A stretch of 64,000 bases of DNA from Octopus sinensis (GCF_006345805.1 NC_042998.1:166222001-166286000); one strand, 5' to 3'; positions 11,706 through 24,278 are shown, numbered from the stretch's first letter. A program made the numbers and translations. Notes: generated by a model from the letters alone, not told the origin.

Positions 11706-12508
11706 CTAGCAGCATAGCCCGGCGTTGCCCGGGTATGTAAGAGCCCTTAGTAGGCAACGACTATTCCCAATCTAGTCCTTTCCCTCTAGGGAACGAAGGC
11801 GCATGTGTAAGTTGCAATGTCTTCTCTTCACTCGAATACTTCTGTGTATACGAATGTTCCTAGCTGTCCCTTTAAGCGATAAAAAGGTCGAGTTGTGTCC
11901 CCTAGACAGATTGTGTTTAATACACAAATCGGTTTGCTATGTGTGCCACATATGATTTAATTAACCGATTTTTTCCAGTAATAAAGTATCCTATTGGAAT
12001 AATATGGGCCATATAGCTCCTTGGAGCAGACATGATGCTCGCTGTGAATTTTTAAAAAAATCCTGCCAATTTGTGAAAGATATTGTCGAAAAGATGTCAT
12101 CTTGAATTTGAACACGATTTCCCAAAATGGCATGATTTTATCGATTTTTTCTGAGGGTAAGGTATTGCATGGAAAACTAACATCAGAATTAAGTTTCTTA
12201 GGGTAACATAAGCTTCACCATGAGTTGTGGTGAAAATCGATTGCAAGTTTCGGGAAAAACTACAACAGAAAATGTGTTGCATATATAAAAAGCTTAGATT
12301 CTCGACACCCATGTCGAATTTATCGATTTTTTTCAGAACTGGGGAAACTTTTCAAAGTTTTCGCTGCGTTGGTTTTGAATTATGACATTGGGCTATGTGT
12401 GTGTCAAGTTTCATCAGAATCGGTTGAAAGCCGTGGTCAGGGTGAGGGTACAACCTGACAGACACACAGACACACAGACAGACAAACTGCCGTTTATATA
12501 TATAGAGA
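11706..12508 (-). mobile_element. Non-autonomous Helitron
   Basis: Minus strand A|TCTCTATATATATAAA ... cccgg-gcaacg-ccggg hairpin ... CTAG|T: 5' TC, 3' hairpin plus CTAG, inserted at AT with no TSD. Confidence 0.85.
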
Positions 12509-12592
12509 TATACACATATATATATGTATATATATACATATATATATATGTATATAATATTATATATATATATATGTATATATATATATGTA

Positions 12593-12657
<65 letters not shown>

Positions 12658-12744
12658 TTTTTGATTTTGATTTTTCCAGTTTCAGCTAATGAGCTGTGGC
12701 CATGCTGGGGCACCACCATTACAAAGGAATTAGATGTAGAGATA

Positions 12745-12960
12745 AAGTTAATCCAAACAAGAAAACACAAAAAAAAAACAAAAAAAACACAACAACGCTA
12801 GGACGTGGAACAAATAAAGTATTATTGGACGCTCAGGAAAGAAGGGAAGAAGGAGGGTTTAACTTTTCGAGCGGAGCTCTTCGTCGGAAACATAGGAGAA
12901 GGAAAGATCCCGAGAAGGGAAGACAGAGGAAAAAATCGGCAGCGGTACTCACGAGGTCAC
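12745..12960 (-). mobile_element. Penelope-type terminal-repeat fragment with hammerhead-like motif at 12857-12891
   Basis: gttt-CCGACGA-a-gagc(tcc)gctc-GAAA-a-GT-T-aaac. 4-bp helices I and II, U4C, one helix III mismatch. Confidence 0.5.
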
Positions 12961-12980
12961 ATATATATATGTACACACAC

Positions 12981-13033
<53 letters not shown>

Positions 13034-13035
<2 letters not shown>

Positions 13036-13760
13036 GGAGCCTTCCTCTGTCATCACAGAGGAAGGCTCCATATTTGCCAAATACTGCAGAAAAGCCGCTA
13101 ATAGAAAACTTTTTGTCCACTACCAATCAGTCTTACCCACCAGAGCCAAAGCCGCATACGTGATAAACGAGATTGCACGTATAAACAACAATTGCAGCAA
13201 CGTGACCGACAAAGTCGTCAGCACTAAACAGTTCCTCAGAGACCTAACACTGAATAGCTACCCACCATCTTTAGGTAAACAACCGCACCTAAAGAACATC
13301 AAGCTCAATAAACCCCGGAAGAATCATCATACTCCCAAGTCCGGCACGTGCTTCCTAAAGCTACAACACTTTGACGATAGAACTACTGCAGTGATACAAC
13401 ACGCAGACCGCAGGGAAGGATACGACATACAGATAGTGCACAACGCCCCTTCCTTGAGAAAAGCTCTGTCCAAAAACAACAACACCCCTCACTACTCTGA
13501 GTAGGGTACATTGTCGAACTTCCCCATCAATAACCCTGAAATGTGCCAGAGGACCTATGTTGTATATGAGATCATCTGTGGCAAATGTGGCGCATCCTAC
13601 ATAGGAAGCAGGACAAGAAAAATTCATATACGCATTAATAAACATCCATGGAAATGCCAGACCCGGAAACTCGCAATGCACTTCAAGGTAACACAGCGGA
13701 AACAGAAGCAACCTCTGAGGCCATCCTCATAAACCAAAAGAAACCCAAGATCAAAACAGA
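13034..13760 (+). pseudogene. Penelope-like element ORF remnant: RT thumb/linker plus GIY-YIG endonuclease
   Basis: LFVHYQSVLPTRAK thumb motif; VVYEIICGKCGASYIGSRTRKIHIRINKH GIY-YIG motif with CxxC; EAILINQKKPKI after a frameshift. In-frame stop at 13502-13504. Confidence 0.88.
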
Positions 13761-13856
13761 AGAGAGTTACAGAAAGCAAGTTGGTTGCTATAGCAACACC
13801 TTTCCGCGTATGTCCACTCCACACATGTTTACAGACGCACATCGGCAACATTTGTC

Positions 13857-13897
13857 TATTTCTTGAAAATGGGGTTATAACTCCGAAATATTGAATA
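13857..13897 (+). ncRNA. Hammerhead-like variant (U3/A8) downstream of the Penelope ORF
   Basis: tatttc-TTGAAAA-t-ggggtt(at)aactcc-GAAA-TAT-T-gaata. Palindromic AATATT, and C3-G8 replaced by U3-A8. Confidence 0.5.
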
Positions 13898-13999
13898 CAA
13901 GGTAATTCTACATTAATTCAGATATTTGTTTTCTTGTGATTACCTTGCATTTACTTCGCATTGTTTTGGCCTTACCCACGATCCTTTATACAATATATA

Positions 14000-14095
14000 T
14001 AGTTGAAATTTACAGAAAAACAAAATACGAAGACAGGTGTATAAACAACAAACAGGTGTATTACGTTTCGAGCCTACGCTCTTCAACAGAGAAAG
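14000..14095 (-). mobile_element. Penelope-type terminal-repeat fragment (same family as 23440-23560) with decayed hammerhead
   Basis: CTGTTGA-a-gagc(gtag)gctc-GAAAC-GTA, with A6 mutated. Flanking gacgaagacaggtgt is shared with 23482. Confidence 0.55.
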
Positions 14096-14360
14096 CTTAT
14101 ATATACATATATATGTATATATATGTATATATACATATATATGTATATTTCGCTTAGGTATTGCGAGATTAATAACCTGGTGTAGAACTCAATATACATA
14201 TACTTCCCAAATAAATTGCTTCATATTTGATGCTCCGAGGAAACTAGAAAGTATTACTCATGTACTCAAGTATGACACTACCGCATCTTATAGCAGAAAC
14301 AGCAGTAGGCTAATGAAGTTCATAAGATAATCGTGTATTCCTTTGTCATCTCATTTATAT

Positions 14361-14427
<67 letters not shown>

Positions 14428-14459
14428 ATATATATATATATATAATATAATATTATAAT

Positions 14460-14492
<33 letters not shown>

Positions 14493-14543
14493 GTGAAGGG
14501 AAGAAATGGAGCCGAACGAAGATTCTACAAAATTCTTTTTATT

Positions 14544-14628
14544 ATTTTCTACACATGTTTCAAAGGCTGCAATTCCAAAATTCGGATTAAATAAGGAGAC
14601 CATTCTGCAGCTTTCTCTTCAGGAAAAT
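14544..14628 (-). ncRNA. Type-I hammerhead-like motif with fully intact core
   Basis: attttc-CTGAAGA-g-aaagctgca(34-nt loop)tgcagccttt-GAAA-CATGTG-TA-gaaaat. 6-bp helix I, about 9-bp helix II, self-complementary ACAUGUGU helix III. Confidence 0.7.
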
Positions 14629-14987
14629 CCAGGAATTTAAAATCTCAAAACAAATGCGCAGCAAGCTTTTCGAACAAAAACGCTCCCTAGGAGACCATGG
14701 TAAAATGGCACAAAACTGTCTTCAATATGCGCTGACGTCAGAGTGGGTGAAGCCCGACGAAAAAATCCGTTGGAATAAACCTAGGTCAAACCACGGTCAA
14801 ATCAGGTAGGGGAAGAATCACAAAACCCAAAGAGTGTGAATATATTCTGTATAACTAGTGTTAATGTTCAAATTGTTTTAAGAATGACAGCTATCTTATT
14901 TGGGTTGTGAGGAACTACCTACTTGTATGTGTGTGTGTATGCGCCTATGTATATATATATTATATATATAATATATAATATATATAT

Positions 14988-15032
<45 letters not shown>

Positions 15033-15036
15033 TAAT

Positions 15037-15200
15037 AGGGTTCAGCAAAAAATTTGCTTCACCATATACCGAAATTTAGAAATAGCAGCCAAAACTACCT
15101 ATTTCTCTACCATAAGAAAATCTCCCAGACAACAATAGCTAGTTTTGGCTGCTATTTCTAAATTTCGGTATGTGATGAAGCAAATTTTTTGGTGAACCCT
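15037..15200. mobile_element. MITE, about 63-bp TIRs, 3-bp TSD (AAT)
   Basis: aat|agggttcagcaaaaaatttgcttca...gcagccaaaacta / tagttttggctgc...tgaagcaaatttttggtgaaccct|aat. Confidence 0.85.
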
Positions 15201-15282
15201 AATTAAAATGGCTCTTTTAACATGCCGAACTACTTGGTAAAATTATTAAATATTAATTAATTAATTTTACCCTTATTATTAT

Positions 15283-15318
<36 letters not shown>

Positions 15319-15401
15319 ATAATAAACGTGTGTAAATATATATACTTACATATATATTTACACACGTATATTTACACACGTAGCATAGTTTTATATGTTT
15401 A

Positions 15402-16699
15402 CTAGCAGTATCGCCCGGCGTTGCTCGGGTTTGTAAGGGAAATAACTATATAAGCATTTTTAGAGATTATAGCAAAAAAAAAAATAGGAAAAATGCATTA
15501 AAAATGGAAAAAAAATAAGGTAAATTTCTTTTTAAATCGTTGACACATCGTAGATATTTTAGAGAGTTACTTCCCTTATATAATAGCGAACAAAATGCAT
15601 AAAATGGAAAAAATATGATGGTAAATTTTTTTAAATCGTTAGACTCATCGTAGACGCGCGCTAATACCCAGAAGGGCTCGATATGACTCACGACTATAAG
15701 ATACCCGGTTGGTTTTTCTTAACCTTTCGTTACTATATTTCTGACCAAAATACACCCCTTATGTGTTTCAATTATTTTCGAACGTTAATCATAAATTTAG
15801 TCTGGTTTTTCATAAACAACAATAACTTTTATTTATCAATATATTAATGTGATTTTGGAAGATAATTTAATGAAATGTCCTCAACCAATTCTATACTATA
15901 ATTTTTTGTCACAAAGTGACTCTAATTGCAGTTAGATACAGGTAACTTCAACAATATATAAAATTATTAAAATTTTGTTCAAACATCGCTATAGAAAATG
16001 GGTTATTAGCTAATATTCAATTGGGTATACAAAACAAATTTTACGATATATTAATTTGTTATTCTGGGTAACTTTCTGATACCCATAATAATATTTATGG
16101 CAAAATAGGCCTTAATTTCATTTAAGGTTGTGGGAAATAACAAACTATCCTTTCTTTCGTTTTGTTTACGTTTAGCGTAACGTTTCGTTTCTGCCGTAAT
16201 GATTTTAAATAGGCTCATTCGAAAAAGTAATTAGAAATAGTCTAAGGCTTTACTCTTCTGGGAAAGTCTGTGACTTGGTCCAGTTTCTTCAGAAAAATCA
16301 CCGAAAGAAACAGTTTTTAAATTTTCACTCCATTCAGGTACCAATTCGTTTTCTTTATCGCTGTCGGATTCACTGTTTTCACTTTATAGCTGCAAACTTG
16401 CAAAGCCAAGGAGGAGAAGGGTGTGATAGCGTCAGGAAACAGTTCGTTCCCTTTGTATGTGTGTGCGTTTGCGTGTGGTGTAAACCACATTAAGAAAGCA
16501 TTTGACATACACACCAGAATGTGAGTTTTCTGTAAATTTTGCTTAATTGGAGTTTAAATTTTAAAAACTGGACCTGGCATGACCCGATGCATTCTACTCT
16601 TAAAAATGCTAGGTAAATTGTAATTGAAGAAATCCTATATTGTAGATTTCTATAACTTACAAAGGGAGGCAGATAAAATCTGCCTTTTATAATAAGAGA
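15402..16699 (-). mobile_element. Non-autonomous Helitron carrying a piggyBac fragment
   Basis: A|TCTCTTATTATAAAAGGCAG 5' end, and 3' hairpin cccga-gcaacg-ccggg plus CTAG|T like the element at 11706. Confidence 0.8.
15830..16383 (-). pseudogene. piggyBac (PGBD-type) transposase N-terminal fragment
   Basis: SENSESDSDKENELVPEWSENL...FSEETGPSHRL...KALDYF*LLF...IITAETKRYA...PTTLNEIKAYFAINIIMGIRKLP, then a degraded YLPKSH*YIDK*. Confidence 0.72.
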
Positions 16700-17127
16700 T
16701 ATACATTTTGTGCATATGAGTATGCGTATGTAAATGCAGTTATTTATTATATTGAATACGATTCCGAAAGCTGTAAAATTGTATTAGGTTATGCGAACTA
16801 TAAAAACAGAGAGAAGGGGGAGAGGGGAGATACAAAGAGGGAGAGATAGAAAGAGAGAGAGAGAGAGATTCATCGAAATAAAAATAAAAACCTATTAAGT
16901 TTCTATTGAAACAGCATATAGCTTACTAAGAGATCTGTATGTTTAATTATCGTAAGAGCCGACGAACCCGTACTGCGGAAGAATCTTTAAGATGGTATCA
17001 TGATAAAATCCAGCACAGAATTGTGTACTCAATGTCTCTCCAGTTAATAGACAGACAATCTTTGCACTTATCACTGGGTTCCAAGCTATTTGGGGTTTTT
17101 TTGTGCATATATACTCATATGTATGTC

Positions 17128-17139
<12 letters not shown>

Positions 17140-17166
<27 letters not shown>

Positions 17167-17400
17167 ATATATGTGTACACACATGTATTAATACATACAT
17201 ATATATATATACACATACATCAATACATACATGTGTGTGTGTGTGTGTGCATATATGTGTATACACATGTATTAATACATACATATATATATATATACAT
17301 ACATAAATACATACATGTGTGTGTGTGTGTGCATATATGTGTATACACATGTATTAATACATACATATATATATATACATACATAAATACACACATGTAT
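17140..17400. repeat. Minisatellite of about 68 bp, 3-4 copies, built from microsatellite blocks
   Basis: gtgtgtgcatatatgtgtatacacatgtattaatacatacatatat recurs at about 17160, 17245 and 17325. Confidence 0.85.
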
Positions 17401-17594
17401 ATATGTATATGTATGTATATATGTATGTGTATGCATGTGTATATATATATGTGTGTGTATATGTGTATGAGTGTGTATATACACATTTAGTATGGATGTA
17501 CGTATGTGTATATGCATATAATTATGGTTGTAGTATATATTCAACGCATACACACACACACGTACCCGCACACACATACACGCTTGCACACACA

Positions 17595-17648
<54 letters not shown>

Positions 17649-18334
17649 CACACATTTATGTCAGCGTCTGAATATAAGATTTATTTCTTCTCTCAAGCGA
17701 TAATAATCTCGTTAGTCTTTGGTTAAAAATAATTTCTTTTTTTTTTTATTTCATAAAAACTCAAGACAAAGTATTTTGGTTCTTGGATAATATACAGCTT
17801 ATTATACGTAACCATATTTTTTATGCTTTTTAAACCGTACAGACATAGGTAGTTGGGTTTTGCTTACGGACTTAGCGAGCTCATACGCACAAACACAAAT
17901 ATATACACAATGTATGAACGCACACAACAGGCGTTCTCCAAAGACAGGCACATACAAACAAGAATTTCGAAGCTTAAAGATAGAAGTGGAAAGGGTGTAC
18001 ACTATTATTAAGCCTCCTTTTCACTGAGATTTTCCCCCCCACCCCCACAAAAACCTAACAAAAAACAATATATCATTCCTATTCAGAAATAGATTGCGGC
18101 TCCTTAAGGATTTTTTGACTTACTTTCCAAGTGTTTTCCTTTCTATTTCGTATTTTTTCTTCTTTTTTTTTTTGCTTCCATTGCGTTTTAGTTTTGGAGC
18201 TAGTCGTCTGTAATTACTTTGTCGGGCTATTTAGTACAACCCACTACAAAATACATTCTGAAGATATTTCACAGGTGTGCTAAAGAAATGGCATAATTAC
18301 CTGAATTATTACATTCATATATACACGTTTATCT

Positions 18335-18475
18335 GTGGGTATATATGTGTGGTTAAGAAGCTCGCTTTGCAACCACGCAGGTTTGGGTTCAGTCTCATTG
18401 AGCGGCACCTTACGTAAATATCTACTGTGACCCTTGGTTAAGCAATAGCTCATGAGTGAATTTTGTTGGCGTAAA
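18335..18475 (+). mobile_element. SINE B 5' half, followed by about 430 bp of (TA)/(TATG)n
   Basis: gtgtggttaagaagctcgctttgcaaccacgcaggtttgggttcagtc... Confidence 0.7.
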
Positions 18476-18493
18476 ACTTGTGTGTGTGAGTGA

Positions 18494-18575
<82 letters not shown>

Positions 18576-18639
18576 TAATATATATGTATATATGTATGTA
18601 TGTGTGTGTATGTATGTGTATGTACATATGTATATATAT

Positions 18640-18674
<35 letters not shown>

Positions 18675-18854
18675 TTATGTATATATATGTATATGTATGT
18701 ATATATATATATATGCATATGTACATAAGTATGTGTATATATACATATATATATATATATATAATTATATATGTGTGTGTATATGTATATATCTATATGT
18801 ATATATATATGTGTGTATATATATATGTACGTATATATATACATATATATATAT

Positions 18855-18885
<31 letters not shown>

Positions 18886-18892
18886 CACATAT

Positions 18893-18923
<31 letters not shown>

Positions 18924-19204
18924 ATTGTTGACGTAATAAGAATTTCATTATCTTTCGAGAAAATGTGAAGTAATTCTATCTTCGAATAGTGAATCTCGAA
19001 GGTCATAGCACTTTATATATGATAGCAAATATTGAGTTGCAAAATGCCTTTTGGTTGCAAAATTTCGAAGTCTGCCCGTGGAACTTGAACATTTCCTGTA
19101 CACTTAACAGTCGTTCTACTATTGAGCTAAATCCCCATATCTGACATTTACAAGCAATCATTTGTAGCTTTGCGTGCTTCGAGATCCAATATTTATAAAA
19201 AAGG

Positions 19205-19375
19205 ACCAGTGTGTGTGTGTTTGTGTCCCTGTAACTTAGTGGTTCGGCAAAAACGGTGATAGAATAAGCACCAGGCTTTAAAAAAGTGCTGAAGTCAATT
19301 TGTTCGACTAAAATTTCTTTAAGGCGGTGCCCCAGCATGACCACAATCTAATGACTGAAACAAATAAGTGATAGA
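19205..19375 (+). mobile_element. SINE B 3' half
   Basis: gtaacttagtggttcggcaaa...aaggcggtgccccagcatgaccacaatctaatgactgaaacaaataag. Confidence 0.75.
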
Positions 19376-19720
19376 GGTAAAGCTCTGTGGGTGGGTGTGC
19401 TCGTGGGTGTGCGCATGTCTACTTCAGTATTATGAACAACATTGAAAATAACAAGAGAAGACACTTCCATCTTGACACTCCTGGTGCTCTAGCAAGAATT
19501 TTATAAAGTCCCTGTTTGCAAACGTTCGCCAAAATTCTTCTGTGTAACAACGATCTGAATTATAAGTTGTGCAACACTTATAAGCGTGGCAAATTTTATC
19601 CTTTACGTATTTCAGGTTCTGGACTGCACCATGCTGGGGCTCTATCTTGAAGGGCTTAGTCGAGTAAATTGACTTCAGTATTTACTTTCTTTAAGGTCTG
19701 GTACTGGTACCATCGATCTA

Positions 19721-20470
19721 TTGGGTTGGCAACTAAGTTCCCGCTGTTTTTTTAAATTTTGGAATTTATTGCGTTTTTAAATTTTGGAATCTATTTTTGA
19801 CTGATGTTGGAATCTTTTTTTTTTTTCTAGTTAATTTTAGTTAATTTTTGTTTATTTTTAGTTCATTAAAATAGAATGTCAAGTTAAGAAAAACGAGCAT
19901 TTTCGACACCTTTTTGCTTTTAATCAAGGTTCTAAGGCCGCAAAAGCCGCTCGCGACATTTATACTGTGTATCGAGAGGGTGCCATAGCTGAAAGAACCG
20001 TTCGTGATTACTATGCCAAGTTCAAAAATGGAAATTTTGACCACAAAGACGTACCTCGTTCTGGCCGTCCGGTTGAGTTCGATCAAGAGCGATTAAACCA
20101 ACTTTTGCACGAAAATTCTCGTCAAACGACAAGGGAACTGGCAGAGGAAATGGAATGCTCTCACACTGCTATAGAGAAGTATCCTCAGTCGATGGGAAAG
20201 GTTCAGAAGTATGGAGCATGCGTTCTGCAGGCTTTAAGTGACAACAAAAATCAACGAACCACAATCTCCGCTGGTTTGCTTGCTCGTCACCGCTCAACTC
20301 ATGGACACAAGCAATGATTTCTTTACAGAATCGTTACTGGCGATGAAAAATGGTACCTGTACGTCAATATGAAGCAGCGCAAGGAATGGCTTAGCCCCGG
20401 TAAACAAGCGACACCGCGCATGAAACAAGATCTTCCTCCACGTAAAACTATGTTGTGCGTATTGTGGGAC
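19721..20470 (+). mobile_element. mariner transposon (Hsmar1/cecropia-like), 5' part
   Basis: TA|TTGGGTTGGCAACTAAGTTC 5' TIR. Translation ...ERTVRDYYAKFKNG...RSGRPVEFD...RQTTRELA...*FLYRIVTGDEKW...RKTMLCVLWD, then truncated by a SINE. Confidence 0.92.
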
Positions 20471-20882
20471 TTTATCGCCCACAAGGGGCTAAACACAGAG
20501 AGGACAAACAAGGACAAACAAACGGATTAAGTCGATTATATCGACCCCAGTGCGTAACTGGTACTTATTTAATCGACCCCCGAAAGGATGAAAAGCAAAG
20601 TCGACCTCGGCGGAATTTGAACTCAGAACGTAACTGCAGACGAAATACCTATTTCTTTACTACCCACAAGGGGCTAAACACAGAGAGGACAAATAAGGAC
20701 AGACACACGGATTAAGTCGATTATATCGACCCCAGTGCGTAACTGGTACTTATTTAATCGACCCCGAAAGGATGAAAAGCAAAGTCGACCTCGGCGGAAT
20801 TTGAACTCAGAACAGTAACTGCAGACGAACAACCGCTAAGTATTTCACCCGGAGTACTAAAGATCTGCCTGCTCGCTGCCTT
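20471..20882 (-). mobile_element. SINE A with tandemly duplicated 3' part (about 180 bp)
   Basis: cccacaaggggctaaacacagagagg...gaactcagaac occurs at about 20478 and about 20663, with the head only once at the right. Confidence 0.85.
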
Positions 20883-21339
20883 CAAATACTAAGTAATATT
20901 TGTAAATGGGAAATTTACAAATATTACTTGTTTCAGTAAAAAGGATGTAAAATGGGAAATGAACAAGGAAGGAAAATATAGAAAGGACGCTGAAAAAAGG
21001 TAACTGGAATTGATTGAAAGAGGAGGAAGGAAATAAGGGAAGGCGAAGACATTAATTCTGAAAATATTCCAGGAGATTCAATGTTAGTTTGAATAAGGGT
21101 TTAAGGAATATAAATTAAAAGGATTTATCGAGGACGCTATATTTAATCCTCAATTATATATATGTCTTAAACCTTTAACCCGTTGTGCTTTACTCTAAAC
21201 GCAACAAATTGTCCTTGTACACACACACACACCACACACACACACACACAGACACACACACACACACCACACACACAAACACAAACACACAAACACACAC
21301 AGAAAGAAATACATATAAACCCACATATATAAATATATG

Positions 21340-21415
<76 letters not shown>

Positions 21416-22043
21416 TGTATGTATGCGTATGTGTGTGTATGTGTGTGTGTGTACGTGTGTGTGTGTACGTGTGCGTGCGCGTGGGCCTTCATTTCTTACA
21501 TTTATTACTTTGAGAGATTATTTTACTTCCGGACAATATCCTCCTCCCCCATCACCACCACCACCACTATTCGTTGCGCGAGGATTAGAATCCTAAAGAG
21601 ACAGCTTGTTGACTTTGGCTTATTACAGTTGCTGTCAACTTTAAACTATATAACCCGAAGAATTGGTTATTCAACAAGTTGGAGGGGGTATGAATGGATT
21701 GAAGGGGGCAACAGAAAGCACGAACTAAGCAAACTAGCAACACACTAGAGGACAGATTAGGCACATCTGCCGGTAAACAATACGATAACGTACAATCGTG
21801 GCCAAGTGGTCTAATGAATATTATTCATCAGAAACAAATGAGAATTCCCTAGAGATTGATTTTATTGTTTTCATTTCCCTTTATTTGGTAACCGTTATTT
21901 GGTTTTGTCTTGTTTTCGTTGGTTGCAGTTCATTTTATTTTCTTCGTGTTTTCTTGGGCAAAAACTTTCATTGTTTCAACATGTATGTTTACGCACTGAG
22001 ATGCGCAAATCTGTATGTACACACTCACACACACACACACACA

Positions 22044-22089
<46 letters not shown>

Positions 22090-22252
22090 GCGCACACACA
22101 CACATACACGCTCTTTCCCTGATACACTATAATTACATTTATAGAGCTATAATTTTTCCATCCCCCTTATCTGTGTATTTGTCTGTCTGTCTGACTGTTC
22201 ATCTGCCTGTCTGTGTGTCTGTGTGTCTGCTTGTCTCCCTCTCTCTCTCTCT

Positions 22253-22330
<78 letters not shown>

Positions 22331-23362
22331 GTCTATCTATCTATCTATCTATCTATTTATCTTTCTTTCTGTCAATCTGTCAATCGATCAAACTTTTGCC
22401 GACACTTTCTTAGTTTATTATTATGCCGTTTCCAGTGATTCTAGTGCGATCATGCTGTAACACTACAATAACAGTTTTAGTCGATCTCATCGACTCCCTA
22501 TTTCAATAGTGGGTTACAAATGGCTACAACATAAACACAACACAGTTTAAATTCCTCTGAGTCCAACGTTGTCTTTCATACTTTCGGGGTCGATAAAATT
22601 AGTAACCGATGAGCACATTTTATATCGTCATAAACATAAATAGAGGCACGAACACATATACACTTGACAGAGACTCCACAAGCTGAGCAGCTATTTCTCT
22701 GCATTTAACGGTTAGCGCTCCAGTACTATGGACATTTGACTTGAATATTGCAGGAAAGAATCGCAAGCCGGATTCTTCAAACTGAATCAACCGGCAGCAG
22801 ACCTGGCAGTAGACCATCTCATAAGAGGGAGATGGTTGGATAATATTCATAGCCTTAGTTGGTCACGCTTGGGAATCTAGCCCGGAAGTCAAATGACGTT
22901 TGCTTCTGATAGAAGAGAAAGACCCTAAGGACTTTACACCCGCAACCTTCATAGAAATAGTGGGCAGAGAAGATGGATAGCGGGATATATCTTGAGTTTC
23001 TGCACAATTTCCGTCTGTCAAATCGCTCCCACAAGATATTGGCGAAAACGAGGCTACAGAAAAAAAACAGTAATAACAAAAAACACAAAAGGACAAAAAA
23101 TAACCGCCCCCTCCTAAACACAATGTGCCCATAATAGGGTCGTTCATGGAACAACGTTGTTGTACCAAGAACTCCTTTAGTACACAGCTTTACAAAAATA
23201 TGCAAATTTAAGTGCATATGGGTTACAGACATTTGTACAAAAGAACAGGTGCCATTATTAAATTTAGAAGCATAAATAAACTTTCACTTATATGTATTAA
23301 GCATTTTTCTCAATGACGGTATATGTATGCATACACGTATGCATATATAACGCAGTTAAAGT

Positions 23363-23435
<73 letters not shown>

Positions 23436-23518
23436 TATAGTCGGAGTTTATGGAATTTATAGAATTTCTAGAAAAACAAAAGACGAAGACAGGTGTATGA
23501 ACAACAAGTACATTAGTA

Positions 23519-23552
23519 TTTTACGTTTCGATCCTACGCTCTTCATCAGAAA
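23519..23552 (-). ncRNA. Minimal hammerhead-like motif in a Penelope-type repeat (23440-23560)
   Basis: ttt-CTGATGA-a-gagc(gtag)gatc-GAAA-C-GT-A-aaa. Core intact, one helix II mismatch, ACGT palindrome. Confidence 0.6.
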
Positions 23553-24278
23553 GGAATAAGAGAAAATAAATTAATTATATATGTGTAAAATACATACATA
23601 CATACATACATACATACATACATACATACATACATACATACATACATACATACATACATACATACATACATGCGTATGTATGTGGTGTGTGTGCGTGTTT
23701 GTGAATATGTTTCCACGGTGATGCTTCAGCGTGACTGCGGCTGCATAGCGGAAACGAATAAAAGAATATGCTCGTATGCATGCGTACATATTATTCGTTC
23801 GTTGAGTACATAGCACTTGAAAGACTCCTCGCGTTCTCTGCCAGCATGGGGGAATTATTAGCTTATATATATTTTTGAATATTTGCATCAGGACTTCCGA
23901 AACCAGTAACTATTTTTAGCGGGTTTTGAAAGACCCATTTTTTTCCTGATGGCAGGAGGTGAAGTTTGAACTTAGGACGAGCAGAACCAAAAGAGATGAC
24001 ACGAAGCATCGCATCATGCACTTTAACATTTTGCTTATTCACTGCCCTGCACTGGTTTCTCATTTATCAACACGACACCGTAAGTATGAAATGTTTATTT
24101 CGGTGAAACGAGAAAACAGGTATTGTATTCAATGCTTTATAGAACATACACGCGTTTCAGCAAAATGCTTTAATAATTACATAACAGTCGTGGAGACTTC
24201 AACACTTTTCCGTATATATGTATATATACACAGACATGCAAGAAGTAAATAGGCACCTTTAATTTTCAAAATCTTTTA

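Noticed and set aside
23955-24079. Plus-strand exon ending at GTAAGT (EVKFELRTSRTKR...)
   Set aside because: No recognisable product, and no phase-compatible partner exon identified.
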